The notes under the pieces are model-generated. The model was given only the letters and a program-made list of their open reading frames with translations, was not told the DNA's origin and searched no databases. Positions 18,405-28,838 of a stretch of 64,000 nt of DNA are shown one piece after another; position 1 is the first letter of the stretch, and each line of letters opens with the position of its first letter. Source of the stretch: Polyangiaceae bacterium (GTDB taxonomy: Bacteria > Myxococcota_A > Polyangia > Polyangiales > Polyangiaceae); contig CBDCTZ010000015.1 in assembly GCA_965222375.1 (NCBI GenBank), positions 1 through 64,000 of the forward strand. The letters are read 5' to 3'. A program made the position numbers and the translations under genes.

Positions 18405-19520
18405 ATGGCCGAAACCAATGAGCCCCCCGCGGCGGATGATGACGCGACGGGCGACCCCGCCGCGGAGGCCATTCAGCGCGCCAACCAAGAACTCGAGAAT
18501 GCCGCGGAGGGTAAGTTCGACCTACCGGTCACGGTGCTGATTCGGCAACGCGATGACGCTCTACGCAACTCCCTCGTCGCCGCCGAAGAGCTCGACGCGA
18601 AACTCCAGAAGCTGCGAGCCGAGCACGACAAGCTCGCGGAGTCCCTGGTCAGCGAACATCAAAGTCAAATCCAAGAACTGAAGCGCGAGCATGCCACGGC
18701 CCTCGACGAGCTGCGCAAGAGCTTGGTCCAGACGCCCACGACGGGCGCAACGCACCCGGGAATGGGCGCCGTCACCGGCAGCAATTCGGAGGCTCTCATC
18801 TTGCGCGAACAGCTCGCGGAAGCGCTCTCGAACCTGGAGGCGGCAAGGCGGGAAGCCAGCGAACTTCAGGAAGAACTCCAAGCCGCCGTCGTATCCTACG
18901 ACGACATGCGGCAAGAGATGTGGAACGCAGCGCAGGATTCCCGGGATGAAGCTGCCGGGTTGCGGATCCAGTGCCAAGAGCTCTCGGCGCGTCTGGAGGA
19001 CGAGCGCGCCGCCAACGTCGAAGCAGTCAAGGAGCTGAAGCGAGAGACCGCGCGGGTGCAACACGAACTCGACGAAGTCTTGGCCCAAACCCCTGAGCCA
19101 CCGGACGCCAAGGAATCCAAGAAGACGACGAAGCCCGAGCGGCGCCCGAAACCCACGGAGCCGGCGGTTCAGGCCGCCCGGGTCGACGAAGAACGCGCCA
19201 AAGAGGAGGCGCACGAGCTTCGTATGGAGCTCATCAACGCCAAGCGTTCGTTGAACAAGAAGAGTCAGGAGCTGCACGCTGCAAAAGAAGAGTTGCGCCG
19301 CTCGCGACGGGCCCCGAGTCAGGCGTTGCAAAGCTCAGCGGATCTGGACGCGCGGGTAGCGAAGCTGTCGGAAGAGCCAGCCTTCCGGCGCTTTCTCAAA
19401 CGCCGCGAACGCACCTTCGGCACCTACTCAGACGGCGGCAGTGTCGACGTCGTGGATGCGCGAGTCGATAGCGCGCCACCGAACGCCGCCACACGAAAGA
19501 CCGAGCCCGCCAAACCCTAG
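18405..19520 (+). CDS. Coiled-coil hypothetical protein
   Basis: E/L/A/Q/R-rich heptad pattern over most of the length. Confidence 0.75.
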   Translation: MAETNEPPAADDDATGDPAAEAIQRANQELENAAEGKFDLPVTVLIRQRDDALRNSLVAAEELDAKLQKLRAEHDKLAESLVSEHQSQIQELKREHATALDELRKSLVQTPTTGATHPGMGAVTGSNSEALILREQLAEALSNLEAARREASELQEELQAAVVSYDDMRQEMWNAAQDSRDEAAGLRIQCQELSARLEDERAANVEAVKELKRETARVQHELDEVLAQTPEPPDAKESKKTTKPERRPKPTEPAVQAARVDEERAKEEAHELRMELINAKRSLNKKSQELHAAKEELRRSRRAPSQALQSSADLDARVAKLSEEPAFRRFLKRRERTFGTYSDGGSVDVVDARVDSAPPNAATRKTEPAKP

Positions 19521-19635
19521 GCTCCAGGTCGGCAGATGTTCTCTGGTGCGATCCCCAATCTACCGAGAAGCCACGAGTTTTTGCCGGCAACTTGCGCGAC
19601 CTGCTAGCCCTCGGTAGACCCGGGCGGCGCTTCGA

Positions 19636-22299
19636 ATGAAGAAAGGCCACTTTCTCCGACGCCGAGCTCCGCTCCTGGCTGTAACCGCATTGCTCGGAAT
19701 AGCAGTGCGCTGTGCAGCGGATCGGCCACCGGAGCGCACCCTCGAAGGCTTGGCGGAGATGCTCGGCCGCGCATCGGGCACGGTGGTTTCCGCCAAAGAG
19801 ATCCGATGGGAGCAGAGCCCCGGTTTCTTGACCGAGACCTTCTGGGGGCGCCGGGTGCTGTTCCTTGGCGCCAAGGCGCAGGGCAAGCCTCGGGACGTCT
19901 ATCGCGCATCGGTGCGCGTCAGCCTCGACGGAAAACCGTTTTCGGTCCGAGAAATCCGCAACCTGACCGACACCCCCCTCGGCGACGACGCTGGGCTCGA
20001 ACTGCGCGGGACGACTGCCGGTTTCGCCACGGTCGCCTACGGCAACATCCAGAGCATCACGATGCTGGAGCTGGCGGGAGCGCGCAAACAGGATCGCCCC
20101 GAGTCGTGGTTCCACCGAGTGCTTCAGACCATCACCTCATACCAGCAGGTCGGAACCCTGGACGGCTTGGGGCGCACGGATGTGGTCCTCGAACTCCCTG
20201 CGAAACAAGCCGAGCTGTTTCTCGATCCTCCCAGCCTACGAATCGACCTCGGCGAAAAAGGCCGCGCCCTGTTGCTCAACACCGAAACACGGGAGCTCTC
20301 GGCGGCCGAGGGCGGACAAGCCTACGCCGCCCGCACAGTCATCCATCGTCAGCACCCCAAACCGTTGATTCTGTGGGGGGTGGACACGGTACGAGCCGAA
20401 ATAGGCCCGGCACCCATTGCCTGGCTCGAAGACAAGGTCTTTGGCGCCAAAGACAAGGTCAAGCGCACGACCTACAACCTACTGTCAGGTGACTCGACCC
20501 AAGACGCTCTCAAGGACGACATCAAGCAAGAGGACGTTGCCGCACGCGTTCTGGATGCGACGCAGCTCACAGCAAAGCAAGACAACTGGCCGCCTCCTCC
20601 GGTACCCACGCTATGGAAGGAGACCAAGGAGGGCGAAGGTGAATGGAAAGCCGTCGAGCTGCCGTTCCTTCGGCCATTGCCCGGCGCGGATTCCACTAAG
20701 GAAAAACCTCCTCCCTACTTCTATCGGACCTTCATCCGGCCAGATTCGAAGCGCCCGTATTCGGAAGTCATGCTGATCGCGATGGACATGCGTCAGCTAG
20801 AGCTGGGCATGGAGGCCGGCTTCGAAGATCCAAAACCTCTCACCGGCCCGCCTGGAAACGGACGCCTGCCCCGCGACAAGAACATCGTCGATCGCGTCGT
20901 GGCGACCTTCAACGGAGCATTCAAGACCACGCACGGCAAGTACGGGATGATGGTCAACAAGCGGGTCTTGCTTCCACCCGTGGCTGGCGGCGCAACGGTG
21001 ATGGTCCAGGATGACGCCACCGTTGGTCTGGGCAGTTGGCCCAAAGACGAGACGATTCCCGAGGAAGTCCTTTCCTACCGCCAGAATCTCGATCCGCTGG
21101 TGGAAGACGGCGTTGCCAACCCAACGGGTCGCAACATCTGGGGTTGGCAGCTGTCGGGGACCAGTGTGATGACACAGCGCACAGCGCTCTGTGTCACGGC
21201 CGCCGGGCACCTGTATTACGCCTTCGGGCCTGAAATCGATGGACCGACGCTCGGCAAAGCCCTGCGCCAGGCTGGTTGCTCTTACGGCATGCATCTGGAC
21301 ATGAACCCAGGGCATTGCGGCTTCATCTTCACGGACATCGTCGACATCCGCGCCAAGGAATACAACCTCAAGAAGGCGCATGGCGAGATGCGGCTGGACC
21401 CAGCCAAGTTCGTGCGCTGGAGCGCCAAGGACTTTTTCTACATCATGGTTCGGGAGCCCATGCCGAAAGACCCGTCCGGCGTGCGCTGGAAAGCCGACAG
21501 CGGAGTACAGCCCCCTCCCGTTTGGATCCCGGGCGTCGTCACGGGAAAGCTCAAGGTTGGTAACCTCGACGTACAACTGACCAGCTTCGAAGCGGGCCGC
21601 ATGGACTTCGCAATCCGGGCGGGAAGCAAGGAACCCAGCATGTTGGGCGGAGCGATCAAGAAGATCTCGCTCACCGGCGACGACGCGCACCGCGCGATCG
21701 CCTCGGTCAACTTGGGCCACACGACCGAGGCCACCCGCTACGGTCTCGCCTTCGACGGCAGTGCTTCGCTGGATCTTCGTTCGGGCTACGCAACCCTCAT
21801 CGTCGCGCGAGGCAAGCCGCCCCGCATCGATCCTCCGGGTAGCCAGCCCCAACTCGAAAAGGGCGAAGAAGCCGCGCAGCTCCCCCTGCTAGCCGAAGAC
21901 GGCAAAGCGACGGACTACGCCATGTCCAGGGGCTCCATGCGTTCGCGAGGAGCACTCTGCGTGACTGGGCGGGGCCGAACCATCATCGCGGTTGCGCGTC
22001 ACGACTCGAGCGACTCTTTGGCGGCGGCGCTGATTCGAGTGGGCTGCAAGCGCATCGTCGAGTTGGATCGCGGCTCTCAACATCCCGCCTTCGTTCACCG
22101 CGCTGGTACGGCTACCCCACCCTTGGCCAGCTACGAGTCCAGCGTGCTCTACGCCCTGGGGCGCCGGATGTTGCCCCACGCTTTCCGCTGGAAAGCGAAG
22201 GGTTCCACGCCTTCCACCAAGCCAACCGGCTACGACGTTCCCGCGGTGAAGAAGAAGAAGCGACGCAAGAAACGCAAAGATGACTCGAGCGGCGACTAG
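19636..22299 (+). CDS. Large secreted/membrane-anchored protein with phosphodiester glycosidase (NAGPA-like) domain(s)
   Basis: N-terminal hydrophobic anchor; 'ATFNGAFK', 'QRTALCVT', 'GC..GMHLDMN'; a second degenerate copy 'SRGALCVT...GCKRIVELDRG'; Lys/Arg-rich tail. Confidence 0.65.
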   Translation: MKKGHFLRRRAPLLAVTALLGIAVRCAADRPPERTLEGLAEMLGRASGTVVSAKEIRWEQSPGFLTETFWGRRVLFLGAKAQGKPRDVYRASVRVSLDGKPFSVREIRNLTDTPLGDDAGLELRGTTAGFATVAYGNIQSITMLELAGARKQDRPESWFHRVLQTITSYQQVGTLDGLGRTDVVLELPAKQAELFLDPPSLRIDLGEKGRALLLNTETRELSAAEGGQAYAARTVIHRQHPKPLILWGVDTVRAEIGPAPIAWLEDKVFGAKDKVKRTTYNLLSGDSTQDALKDDIKQEDVAARVLDATQLTAKQDNWPPPPVPTLWKETKEGEGEWKAVELPFLRPLPGADSTKEKPPPYFYRTFIRPDSKRPYSEVMLIAMDMRQLELGMEAGFEDPKPLTGPPGNGRLPRDKNIVDRVVATFNGAFKTTHGKYGMMVNKRVLLPPVAGGATVMVQDDATVGLGSWPKDETIPEEVLSYRQNLDPLVEDGVANPTGRNIWGWQLSGTSVMTQRTALCVTAAGHLYYAFGPEIDGPTLGKALRQAGCSYGMHLDMNPGHCGFIFTDIVDIRAKEYNLKKAHGEMRLDPAKFVRWSAKDFFYIMVREPMPKDPSGVRWKADSGVQPPPVWIPGVVTGKLKVGNLDVQLTSFEAGRMDFAIRAGSKEPSMLGGAIKKISLTGDDAHRAIASVNLGHTTEATRYGLAFDGSASLDLRSGYATLIVARGKPPRIDPPGSQPQLEKGEEAAQLPLLAEDGKATDYAMSRGSMRSRGALCVTGRGRTIIAVARHDSSDSLAAALIRVGCKRIVELDRGSQHPAFVHRAGTATPPLASYESSVLYALGRRMLPHAFRWKAKGSTPSTKPTGYDVPAVKKKKRRKKRKDDSSGD

Positions 22300-22398
22300 C
22301 GGGCCTCGTTCCACGGAGCCGCGACCCGCCGACAACCGAGCGGTAACTAGCTGACAACTCAGGGGCTGACCGGGTCCGAAAACCCGGACGCCGCCTAA

Positions 22399-22414
22399 TG
22401 GCACGCCGATTGCT
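22399..22414 (+). promoter_or_regulatory. Sigma-54 -24/-12 promoter
   Basis: TGGCACGCCGATTGCT matches the consensus TGGCACG-N4-TTGC(A/T). Confidence 0.7.
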
Positions 22415-22427
22415 CTTGGCGCGGGCG

Positions 22428-23963
22428 ATGACTCGTCCTGACACCAAACGCTCGCGTCCAGCGCGTTCGCACACCTTGCTCCTGGGGCTGGCGCTGATCG
22501 AGGGTGCACTCGTGATCTTCGTGGAGATCGCCGGCGCGCGCCAGCTGGCACCTTTCTATGGATCCACTCACGTCGTGTGGACTGCGCAGATCACCGCAAC
22601 TCTGCTGTGTCTGGCCGCGGGCTACTCTTTGGGCGGACGGGTGAGTCGCCCCAGCGCAGTCGGGCCAGCGCTTCTTGGAGCCGGCGTCTGGCTTGCTCTA
22701 TCCGGAATCATCCGAGCGAAGCTGCTCGCACTCACATCTTCGCTCGGTGTCGAGGTCGGGGCTTTTGCGGCAGCTCTACTACTCTATGGCCCGGCGCTGC
22801 TATTGCTGGGCAGTGTCGGTCCCAACTTGATCGCCGGATTGACGGTGAAGCGGCGCGATGCGGGGCGAGCCGCCGGTCGCGTGCTGTTCGTGAGCACCTT
22901 TGGCGGTATTCTGGGTGGTTGGTTGACGACGCTCGTTCTGATCCCGCGAGCCTCCCTCAGCATGTCCATGCTTGGAGCCGCGGTCATTCTTGCTGTCGCT
23001 GGGATGTCGACATGGGCGCGCCACGGAGAACTTCCGCGCTGGGCCTGGGTCGCGGCCACCGCTTTGCTTGCACTCGTCACGATGACACCGAAGGGGGAGC
23101 GGCTGCTCCAGCAGGGCAACGTAAAGGGCGAACTGCTCACGAGTCGACATGGGGCCACTGGGTTGCTGCAAGTGCTCGACGTACCGTCCATCGACGGTCG
23201 CTTTTTGCTCGTAGATGGAACGGTGCAAGGCGCACAGCGTAGGTCCACGCGAGCGTCGCTGGTCGAGTTCAGTGACTACCTGCTCGAAGCAGGCTTGGCT
23301 TTCCAACCGCATGCCAAGAGCGCCCTACTATTGGGACTTGGCGCCGGCGTATTGGCGCGCAACAGCGTGCAGCGCGGGCTCCGGACTACGGCAGTCGAGA
23401 TCGATCCGCAGGTAGTCAGCGTCGCAAAGAACCACTTCGACCTGCCGAGCTCCGTCGAGATCGTGATTGCGGATGCTCGGGCAGCCCTCGCCCGCGGCGA
23501 TGAGCAATTCGACCTCATCTTCCTGGACGTCCATCGCGCCGAGTCCTTCCCGTGGCATCTCGCAACCAAAGAGGCCTTTCTGGCGATTCGTGCCCGACTC
23601 AGTCCGGGCGGGCGCGTGGTCATCAACGCGATAACCAACGCTACGGGTGAAAGCGCCGGGTTGACTCGGTTGGAAGCGACAGCGCTCTCAGTTTTCAGCG
23701 AGGCCTGGGTGTTCACCGGCGGGCCCACTCCGGGGCAATTGCGCAACGCTACGCTCGTCTCGGGGGAGGCTCTTGGCCCGGTGCCAACCCAACGAATCCC
23801 GGACCAGCTACGTGCGCATTTCGAGTCCGCTCGCCGCGGTTCGCGGGCGACCGCTCCCGCCACGGATGATTTCTCGGACTTGGACAGCTTGGACCGGCAG
23901 CTCCGTTTGGCTTGGCGCGGGTCACTGACTCCTGGGCTGAACCCCCGCTCATTGGTGGACTGA
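22428..23963 (+). CDS. Fused MFS-like membrane domain / spermidine synthase-like SAM-dependent domain
   Basis: 'EIAGARQLAPFYGST..VW' TM region; 'LLLGLGAG', 'VEIDPQV', 'DLIFLD', 'PWHLATKE'. The ORF track start 22398 lies inside the sigma-54 box, so ATG 22428 is preferred. Confidence 0.85.
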   Translation: MTRPDTKRSRPARSHTLLLGLALIEGALVIFVEIAGARQLAPFYGSTHVVWTAQITATLLCLAAGYSLGGRVSRPSAVGPALLGAGVWLALSGIIRAKLLALTSSLGVEVGAFAAALLLYGPALLLLGSVGPNLIAGLTVKRRDAGRAAGRVLFVSTFGGILGGWLTTLVLIPRASLSMSMLGAAVILAVAGMSTWARHGELPRWAWVAATALLALVTMTPKGERLLQQGNVKGELLTSRHGATGLLQVLDVPSIDGRFLLVDGTVQGAQRRSTRASLVEFSDYLLEAGLAFQPHAKSALLLGLGAGVLARNSVQRGLRTTAVEIDPQVVSVAKNHFDLPSSVEIVIADARAALARGDEQFDLIFLDVHRAESFPWHLATKEAFLAIRARLSPGGRVVINAITNATGESAGLTRLEATALSVFSEAWVFTGGPTPGQLRNATLVSGEALGPVPTQRIPDQLRAHFESARRGSRATAPATDDFSDLDSLDRQLRLAWRGSLTPGLNPRSLVD

Positions 23964-24188
23964 CCCGAGTAGCCACACAAGCCGACGCAGTCTCGGCGGT
24001 CACCTGGTGAATTGGGGGGTTGTTTTCAACAGAGCTGGGTTGGATCCTACTGGGCAACCCTCTTGTGCCCTGGCCAACTGGGTCGATAGCCACGGCTGCG
24101 CAATGGTCGCGCGTTGGGTGGTTGAGTCGCGGCTCCCCACCGCGCGAAACACGCTCCGCACCCGCGCGGTGAGCAAGGTGGGGTGCAG

Positions 24189-24848
24189 CTACATCACCGC
24201 GCGAAGCAGATCCCGAACTTGGCGTCCTACCGGGTCGATGTACTCGCCCGGCGTCATCTTCCCATCCGCTCTCGCGCGCCGCAGAAATGCGACGCGGTTG
24301 CAGGGAAACGTGAACAGCAGCTCCACGATTTCGGCCGTGTGCTTGACCCGGAGCCCGTAGCTCTCGGAATTGTCGCAGAGGTACTTCTCATCGGGACCGT
24401 AGCTCGATTCGGCCAGCAGGAAGCGCGCAAGCTTCCTCATCTCGGTATCTTTTAGGGAGCGGCCCTTCTTCTCGATTTTGTAGCCGGAGAAACGATCCGC
24501 AGCTTTGCTGCCTTGGACGAAATCTTTCGCATTGACTCGAAAGACCTCACCGTCTTTGGCGCGCAACAGAGTGTCCACAGTCGCTCGACCGACAATCTTC
24601 GTCACCGCCTTGGAGAGCACCGGGTGCGTCCCGGAACTACCTGGGGAGCTAGCCGAAACTCCGGGCGACGCCGCACTCGTGCCGACGTCCACAGGCGCAG
24701 GGGAGAGGCAAGGCTGAAACGGATTGATCTTGTCGCAGGCAGTTGCCGAAAGCCCCGCCAGTGCCGACGCGACGAATGTGCGGCGCCTCAGTAGGATCAG
24801 TTCCCGATCCGCATCCTTCGAGTTCAGCTTCAGTGTGCGCCGTGGCAT
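24189..24848 (-). CDS. Hypothetical lipoprotein with twin-arginine-like signal
   Basis: 'LRRRTFVASALAGLSATAC' gives an RR motif plus lipobox-like Cys. Confidence 0.65.
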   Translation of the reverse strand: MPRRTLKLNSKDADRELILLRRRTFVASALAGLSATACDKINPFQPCLSPAPVDVGTSAASPGVSASSPGSSGTHPVLSKAVTKIVGRATVDTLLRAKDGEVFRVNAKDFVQGSKAADRFSGYKIEKKGRSLKDTEMRKLARFLLAESSYGPDEKYLCDNSESYGLRVKHTAEIVELLFTFPCNRVAFLRRARADGKMTPGEYIDPVGRQVRDLLRAVM

Positions 24849-25162
24849 TTGCTTTTAGTACAGTGGCGTGTCCCATACTGCATCGCTTGCGCCGTGCGTG
24901 CAGTGTTTCCCTGGTTCTGTTCCGACGACCGTTGGAGCAAGCGCACCAACATGGTGCAAGCTAGCTCCCACGAACAGCACGCCAGCGCTGCCTCACGCAC
25001 GCCGCTGGCGGCGGCGACGAAGAGCTGGCATGACAACTGGCAGAGCAACACCAGTGTACGTGCGCGTGCCACCTTGTGGGACACGACCGGTAGCTCTGCC
25101 TCACCTCGCCTTGATGCGGTGCATCATGCATGGTGTACTGAGTTCACCCGGGGAGGTGGTTG

Positions 25163-28100
25163 ATGAGTCTGTACCGAGTGATTGCGCTGGCACTGGTCGT
25201 GCAGGGGGGGGGCCTTGGCCTGTTCCTCGCCGGAACCCGATGAGGCCCTGAAGAAGAACGCAGCGGCGGTCTTTCAGACTGCGGGCGGTGGCAACAACGG
25301 CAACTTTGGCGGGCCGTGGGTGTTCGACTCCAGGACGTCCACCAGTCTTCCGGCTGCAGCCGTGGGGATACTTGCACGAGGTGGCAGTAACAAATGCTCC
25401 GTCGTCGCGATCCAGAGAAACGTCATCCTCACTGCTGGGCACTGCTTTTGCCCGTTTGATGCGAACGCACTCAACGCGGCCAACTACACCTTCCAGCTAC
25501 CGGCCACCATGGCCGCGCCGGTAGCCGGAACCGGCACGGCGGGAGCCAAGATGCACGACACTGACAACTGCGACGGTGGCGCTGGGCTGGCGACGGATGC
25601 GAACGCTGACTTGGGGCTCATGTTCCTCGCGCGAAACTTGACGCTGACGGAGCTTCCCCAGGCGATGCCCGTCTACACCTTCGGTGATTTCGAAGATCGC
25701 CTGTTCAACACCAAGAATCTGCCGCAACACGGCCCGATTCAAATGACCGCTTGGGGTGGCAGCACGGGCAGCAACATCTACACGATTCGCGCAACAGGCT
25801 TCATCAGCAACGAGAACGACCTCACCTTCACGGACTTCTGCAACATTATCGGCAAGAACTGCGATCCGCGCTACATCCACGCTGAGAACCTCGTTTCTGC
25901 TGGCGTCAACACGAAGGGCGGAGACTCCGGCGGAGCATTGACCATGCGATTGGCCGGAGAGTTGAGCACCGCCCAATTTGCCGTCTACAAAGGAAGATAC
26001 TCTTCGCCGTTCACGGGCTTGCCCATCCCGAACGAGTGGCAGCTGTATTCGCCAACCTGGGACAATGGCGGAGGCAACGGCGGCTTCATTCGACAAGTCT
26101 TGGACGACGCCGACGGCGATGGTTTTGCCGAAAGCCAGGACAATTGCCCCGCGTCACAGTGCGTTGAGAAGTCCCAATGCAACAACCCCAGCCAGGCCAA
26201 CAGCGACACGGACGCCTTGGGCGATGCCTGCGACAACTGCCCCACCGTCGACAATCCCGCCCAGACTGACCTCGACGAGGACGGCGTGGGTGATGCGTGC
26301 GATCCCTGCCCAGAGATCGCCGGTGTGGGCTTCGGTGGAGACGACGACGGGGACGGAGTGCCGAATTCCTGCGACAACTGTCGCGACGTGCCGAATCGGA
26401 GAACGCAGTGCTTCGTCGTTGGCAGCTGCGCCGGCGGCCCGACTTCCACGTGCATGCCGGACATCGCCGAATGCAGCGGGCAGCTCGACACGGACGGAGA
26501 TGGCGTCGGCAACGCCTGCGAGGTGTGTCCCAACCTGACGCAGCTGCAGCTGCAGGCCAATTCGAACTCCTCAGCGGAAGAGCGGCAGCTTCAGTCAGAG
26601 CAGGGCGACTTCTGCGAGCGAGTACCACAGTTCATCGCGCGCCAGGTCCGCCAGCGTGTCACGACGCCTCCCGGCGGACCAGACCCGAACGCCGCGCAAG
26701 ACGCTGGCAACACAATGCTCTTCGACGCAACGGCAACCTTTGGGCGAAGCCCAAGCGCCACCTCGCCAAACGGCGTGGCAACGACGCCCCACAGCGGCGT
26801 CGTTGGATTTCGGTTCTGTGATTGTTTCGACCCGGTCACTGGGAAGTTTGACAACAAGGGCTCATGCCTTGGCGATGGCGCAAGTTGTTCCACTGACCCA
26901 GCACAATTCGACCTAGCGGGCTCCTTATGGAAGCCAGTGACAGTCGCCAGCACCTATCCCTCTCCGTGGAGCGCGGTGGGCCCCAGCTCGTCGGTTCCGG
27001 CCACCCGAGGCGCGGCGTTCAACCGGCCCAACGCGTTCGCGGGCGAGCTATTCGTCAATACGCAGGTCCCCTACGCCAACCCCGATGAGCTGGAGCCGAA
27101 CCGAATCGGACGCCGAGAAATGCTGGCATGGAGGTTCGCTCGAGATCTGGTTTCGGCTGGCCTCGGCGGAGAGGTGCAAGGGCATTTGCTCTCCAGCAAT
27201 GCGTTTGAACAGGTCGGCGGGATCTTCTGGAGCAACGTGGCATCGAACACCTTTGGCTCGAACCGCGATGCCCTCACGGCGGGCAAGCTTCGAAATACCT
27301 ACAGCTACGCACGGAGCAATGCCTGGTCGCTGCTGTTCCCAAGCGCATTCGACGTTCCCGAGTGTGTGGGGCCACTGTGCGGGCTGTTTTTCGACCCCAA
27401 CATTCAGGGCTGGATCACCCAACCCGCCATCGATCCGACCACTCGCCGGGGCCTGGCCGAACTGCTTCCCCAACCGGGTTGGCTGCTGCCCGATCCAGCC
27501 GGCGGCGTCGTTGCGATAGGTGGCGAACTCGGCGGCGGACTCGTCGTGTCCGGCCTCCTCTCCCCAACCCTGCGCCAGCTGCTGAGTGGGCAAGCCACCC
27601 GCTGGCTGCCACCCGTCGAGACCGGCGCCACACTGCGCCAGCTCGGAATCACGACCCAGGCCGTTCTCTTGCCGGAGAACTGGACCCAGGACAGCGTGAT
27701 TGCCGAAGTCGTTTCCACGCCGGAGGGCGCGCTGTCACTGCCGTCGGCGCCTCCCATCGTGCGCTGCAACGCGGGAGAAATCCTGGCCCAGTGCGGCAGT
27801 GGGCTGCGCTGTGTAATCCCCTGCGACGGCGTCGTGGGCAATTCACCCGGGACAGACCCGCCGGATCCTGGCTGCGTCCTGGTTGCGGACACGAACGAAG
27901 ACGACGAGTCCCCATTCGTCTGCGAGAGCAGCTCGGGGGTGTGCATGCCCGGCGAGGTCGCGTGCTCCTCGGCCTGTTTCGTGCCATGCGACGGCTCGGT
28001 GGGATGTACTCTGAATGGCCGTTTCGGCGACGAGCTTCCCGCGCTTTGTGGCGCCGAAGGCCCGGGCATGAGTGCGGCGCTGATGCAACCCCCATTCTCG

Positions 28101-28820
28101 GAGCCTGCGCTGCAAGTGCAACCCACGTCAGAGTTCGTGCCCGGCGATCGCACCGGAGACACCGCTGTCTATTCCGCCTCGGAGGGGAGCGTGTTCCTGA
28201 TCGGAGGCGAAAGAGGCAACGTTCCAACGAGCGAGCTGTGGACGTACCAACTATCCACCCGGGCCTGGCGCCGCGCCTTCCGGGGCGCAGCGGTGCAACC
28301 GCGACGCGTGCTAGCGGCAACCTATGACTACGCAGCGAGGCGGCTGCTCGTCTTGGATGAAGTCAAGGTCGAGGACGCCTTCGGCTCCGGTGTCGACGAC
28401 GCTTTCGGCAAACACAAGAAGTACAACCACAAAAAGCACAAAAAGGGGAAACTGCACGCGCTCAAGAAGCGGCGGCGCGCGAGGCTGATCAGCTACGACA
28501 TGGCAACGAAGGAGGCCACACTGATCGCATCCTGGCGCCGCCGGGGCGTGACGGATCGCTTCGCCATGACCGCGCTGCCAGGCGGCTCCTTCGTCCTCTT
28601 CGCTACGGGTAAGAAGCTGCCCATCACCTTCGCACTCAAGGCACGGGTAACCGACCAGCTCCACTGGGAAGGTGCTCGCATCTTGCACGGCCGGTTCTTC
28701 TTGCAGCCGTCGGCCACAGAGCAAGGCGTCGCCGTCGCCCTCAAGCGCCACCAAGGTCAGAAGTTCGCACTAGTCGGAGCAGGGGATTTCTACCCGGGAG
28801 CACCGCCTGGGGAGATGTGA
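25163..28820 (+). CDS. Secreted trypsin-like (S1) serine protease lipoprotein with TSP3 repeats, LDLa-like modules and Kelch-like C-terminus; signal peptide frameshifted at a G9 tract
   Basis: Catalytic triad 'LTAGHC', 'ADLGL', 'GDSGG'; DxDxDGxGDACDxC repeats. The long frame is 25182-28820. SD GGAGGT plus ATG 25163 is in frame only with G8 at 25204-25212. Confidence 0.85.
25204..25212 (+). repeat. Poly-G (G9) homopolymer in signal-peptide coding sequence
   Basis: gcaGGGGGGGGGcc read directly from the sequence. Confidence 0.95.
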
Positions 28821-28838
28821 ACACGGCGCGGGACGGTC

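Noticed and set aside
24849..25162. Small ORFs or ncRNA in the divergent intergenic region
   Set aside because: There is no convincing RBS, codon pattern or recognisable RNA structure. A weak minus-strand GG-N10-GC match was too degenerate to call.
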